64,000 nt of DNA from Tubiluchus corallicola. Its lineage: Eukaryota; Animalia; Priapulida. The translations under genes and the position numbers were made by a program. Position 1 is the stretch's first letter. The number at the start of each line of letters is the position of its first letter. Shown here one piece after another: positions 62,984-64,000 of this stretch. Below the pieces are notes generated by a model, which saw only the letters and a program-made list of their open reading frames with translations, made no database searches and was not told the DNA's origin. The stretch spans positions 1-64,000 of the forward strand of contig JAQGDQ010000224.1 in the NCBI GenBank assembly GCA_030141605.1, written 5' to 3'.

Positions 62984-64000
62984 ATGGATACTATCACTTA
63001 CTATAAGTACACTGCTTGGTCGAAGTGCTTTACGAAAGAGGAAGTCTTTTTTGCACTATGAATTACTGGTTAGTGAAGGAAAATTCCAGAAATGGAAGAT
63101 GAGGAAACTACTGATGACAATGTAAAGAATGAATAGACATATGAGTTAGCACTTGATATGAAATGTTATTTTTCTAATATCCATGCTGCTGCTCAGTCCA
63201 AATATTTTATCCCCCCCCCCCCCAGTGAATATCATTGATAATGTAATGTTTGCATAGAGCAGTGTCTGGACATAATTTTAAAAACTCAAGAGAACGACTG
63301 TAACAATGTGTCCTTGGTTAACGACGAGCAAAGAAATTCATCAGATTCAACTGTTCCTGGTATTATTTAGTTAGACAGCATGTGTGCATGTAACAAGCCT
63401 TTTCACGCTTTCATTGTGCGCACACAGTCTGTGCATTATGCAGTAGTCTGTGTGCATAGAGTGATTTACTAGCAAGATCTTGTTCAGGAACAGGAAAAAA
63501 TGAACTAGGTAAGTTTCTGACTAGCTGTTAAAAGTGTCACTATTACACCAGCATGGGTTGCGAGGCATTGTGAAGTCTACACAAATGCAATTTCTGATAC
63601 ACCAAACCTTTGACCTTTACACAATCTTCATCAATTGCTGGAACTGTGAAAAGGCTTATTAGTCAAATTTGTTTGAACATTGCCTACTATGGCACAAATA
63701 AGCCAGTTAAGCCCAATAGCAACAAAGTCAAAATCTTTGCCAAAGAAACATGAACCAGTCAGCCATATAGGTAATAGTGTAGGAGAGACTTGGGAGAGCA
63801 ATGTTAACGAGAAATCAAGTCAAAATCTGCTCACAAATATTATTGGTGTCAGACGTTTCATTTTGGCAGCAAAAATTTCTGAGTGTCACAACTACCACAA
63901 GCTGCTTACAAGCATGAAAAAACACACAAGAATTCACACTGGAGAAAAACCATGTAGGTGCCACTATTATAGAAGATGCTTCAGACAGACTTCAGTTCAT
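62984..64000 (+). pseudogene. Decayed third zinc-finger paralog (runs off the window)
   Basis: MDTITYYKYTAWSKCFTKEEVFFAL* (Cys ligands lost, deletion and stop at 63059); near the end KHTRIHTGEKPCRCHYYRRCFRQ; acceptor ttttctttag at 62952. Confidence 0.8.

Overview
AT-rich, intron-rich animal (invertebrate-like) genomic DNA, not prokaryotic. I assembled three multi-exon genes by hand with phase-consistent GT-AG junctions. (1) A SENP1/2-like SUMO protease (minus, 16 coding exons, 22313->4171, about 700 aa). (2) Mediator subunit MED1, head-to-head with it (plus, 17 coding exons, 23988->41301); its large last exon has a -1 frameshift inside a PSQTPPR heptad array. (3) Inositol polyphosphate 1-phosphatase INPP1 (minus, 5 coding exons, 53232->46950), convergent with MED1. 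The right end holds a tandem cluster of single-coding-exon C2H2 zinc-finger paralogs, two intact and one decayed. Introns and spacers carry many non-autonomous mobile elements: hAT, pogo/Tigger, Kolobok, piggyBac and Helitron-like elements, LINE remnants, and a solo LTR with a heat-shock element. The most unusual signal is repeated tandem or inverted copying of the genes' own processing signals: a 14 x 55-bp array of a SENP exon end plus its splice donor, four in-frame 42-bp copies of the MED1 C-terminal motif each ending in a stop codon, and a roughly 1-kb-arm fold-back palindrome whose loop is a copy of the SENP stop codon and 3'UTR. Coordinates were read by eye and may be a few bases off. 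Homology calls come from recalled family motifs, not database searches.
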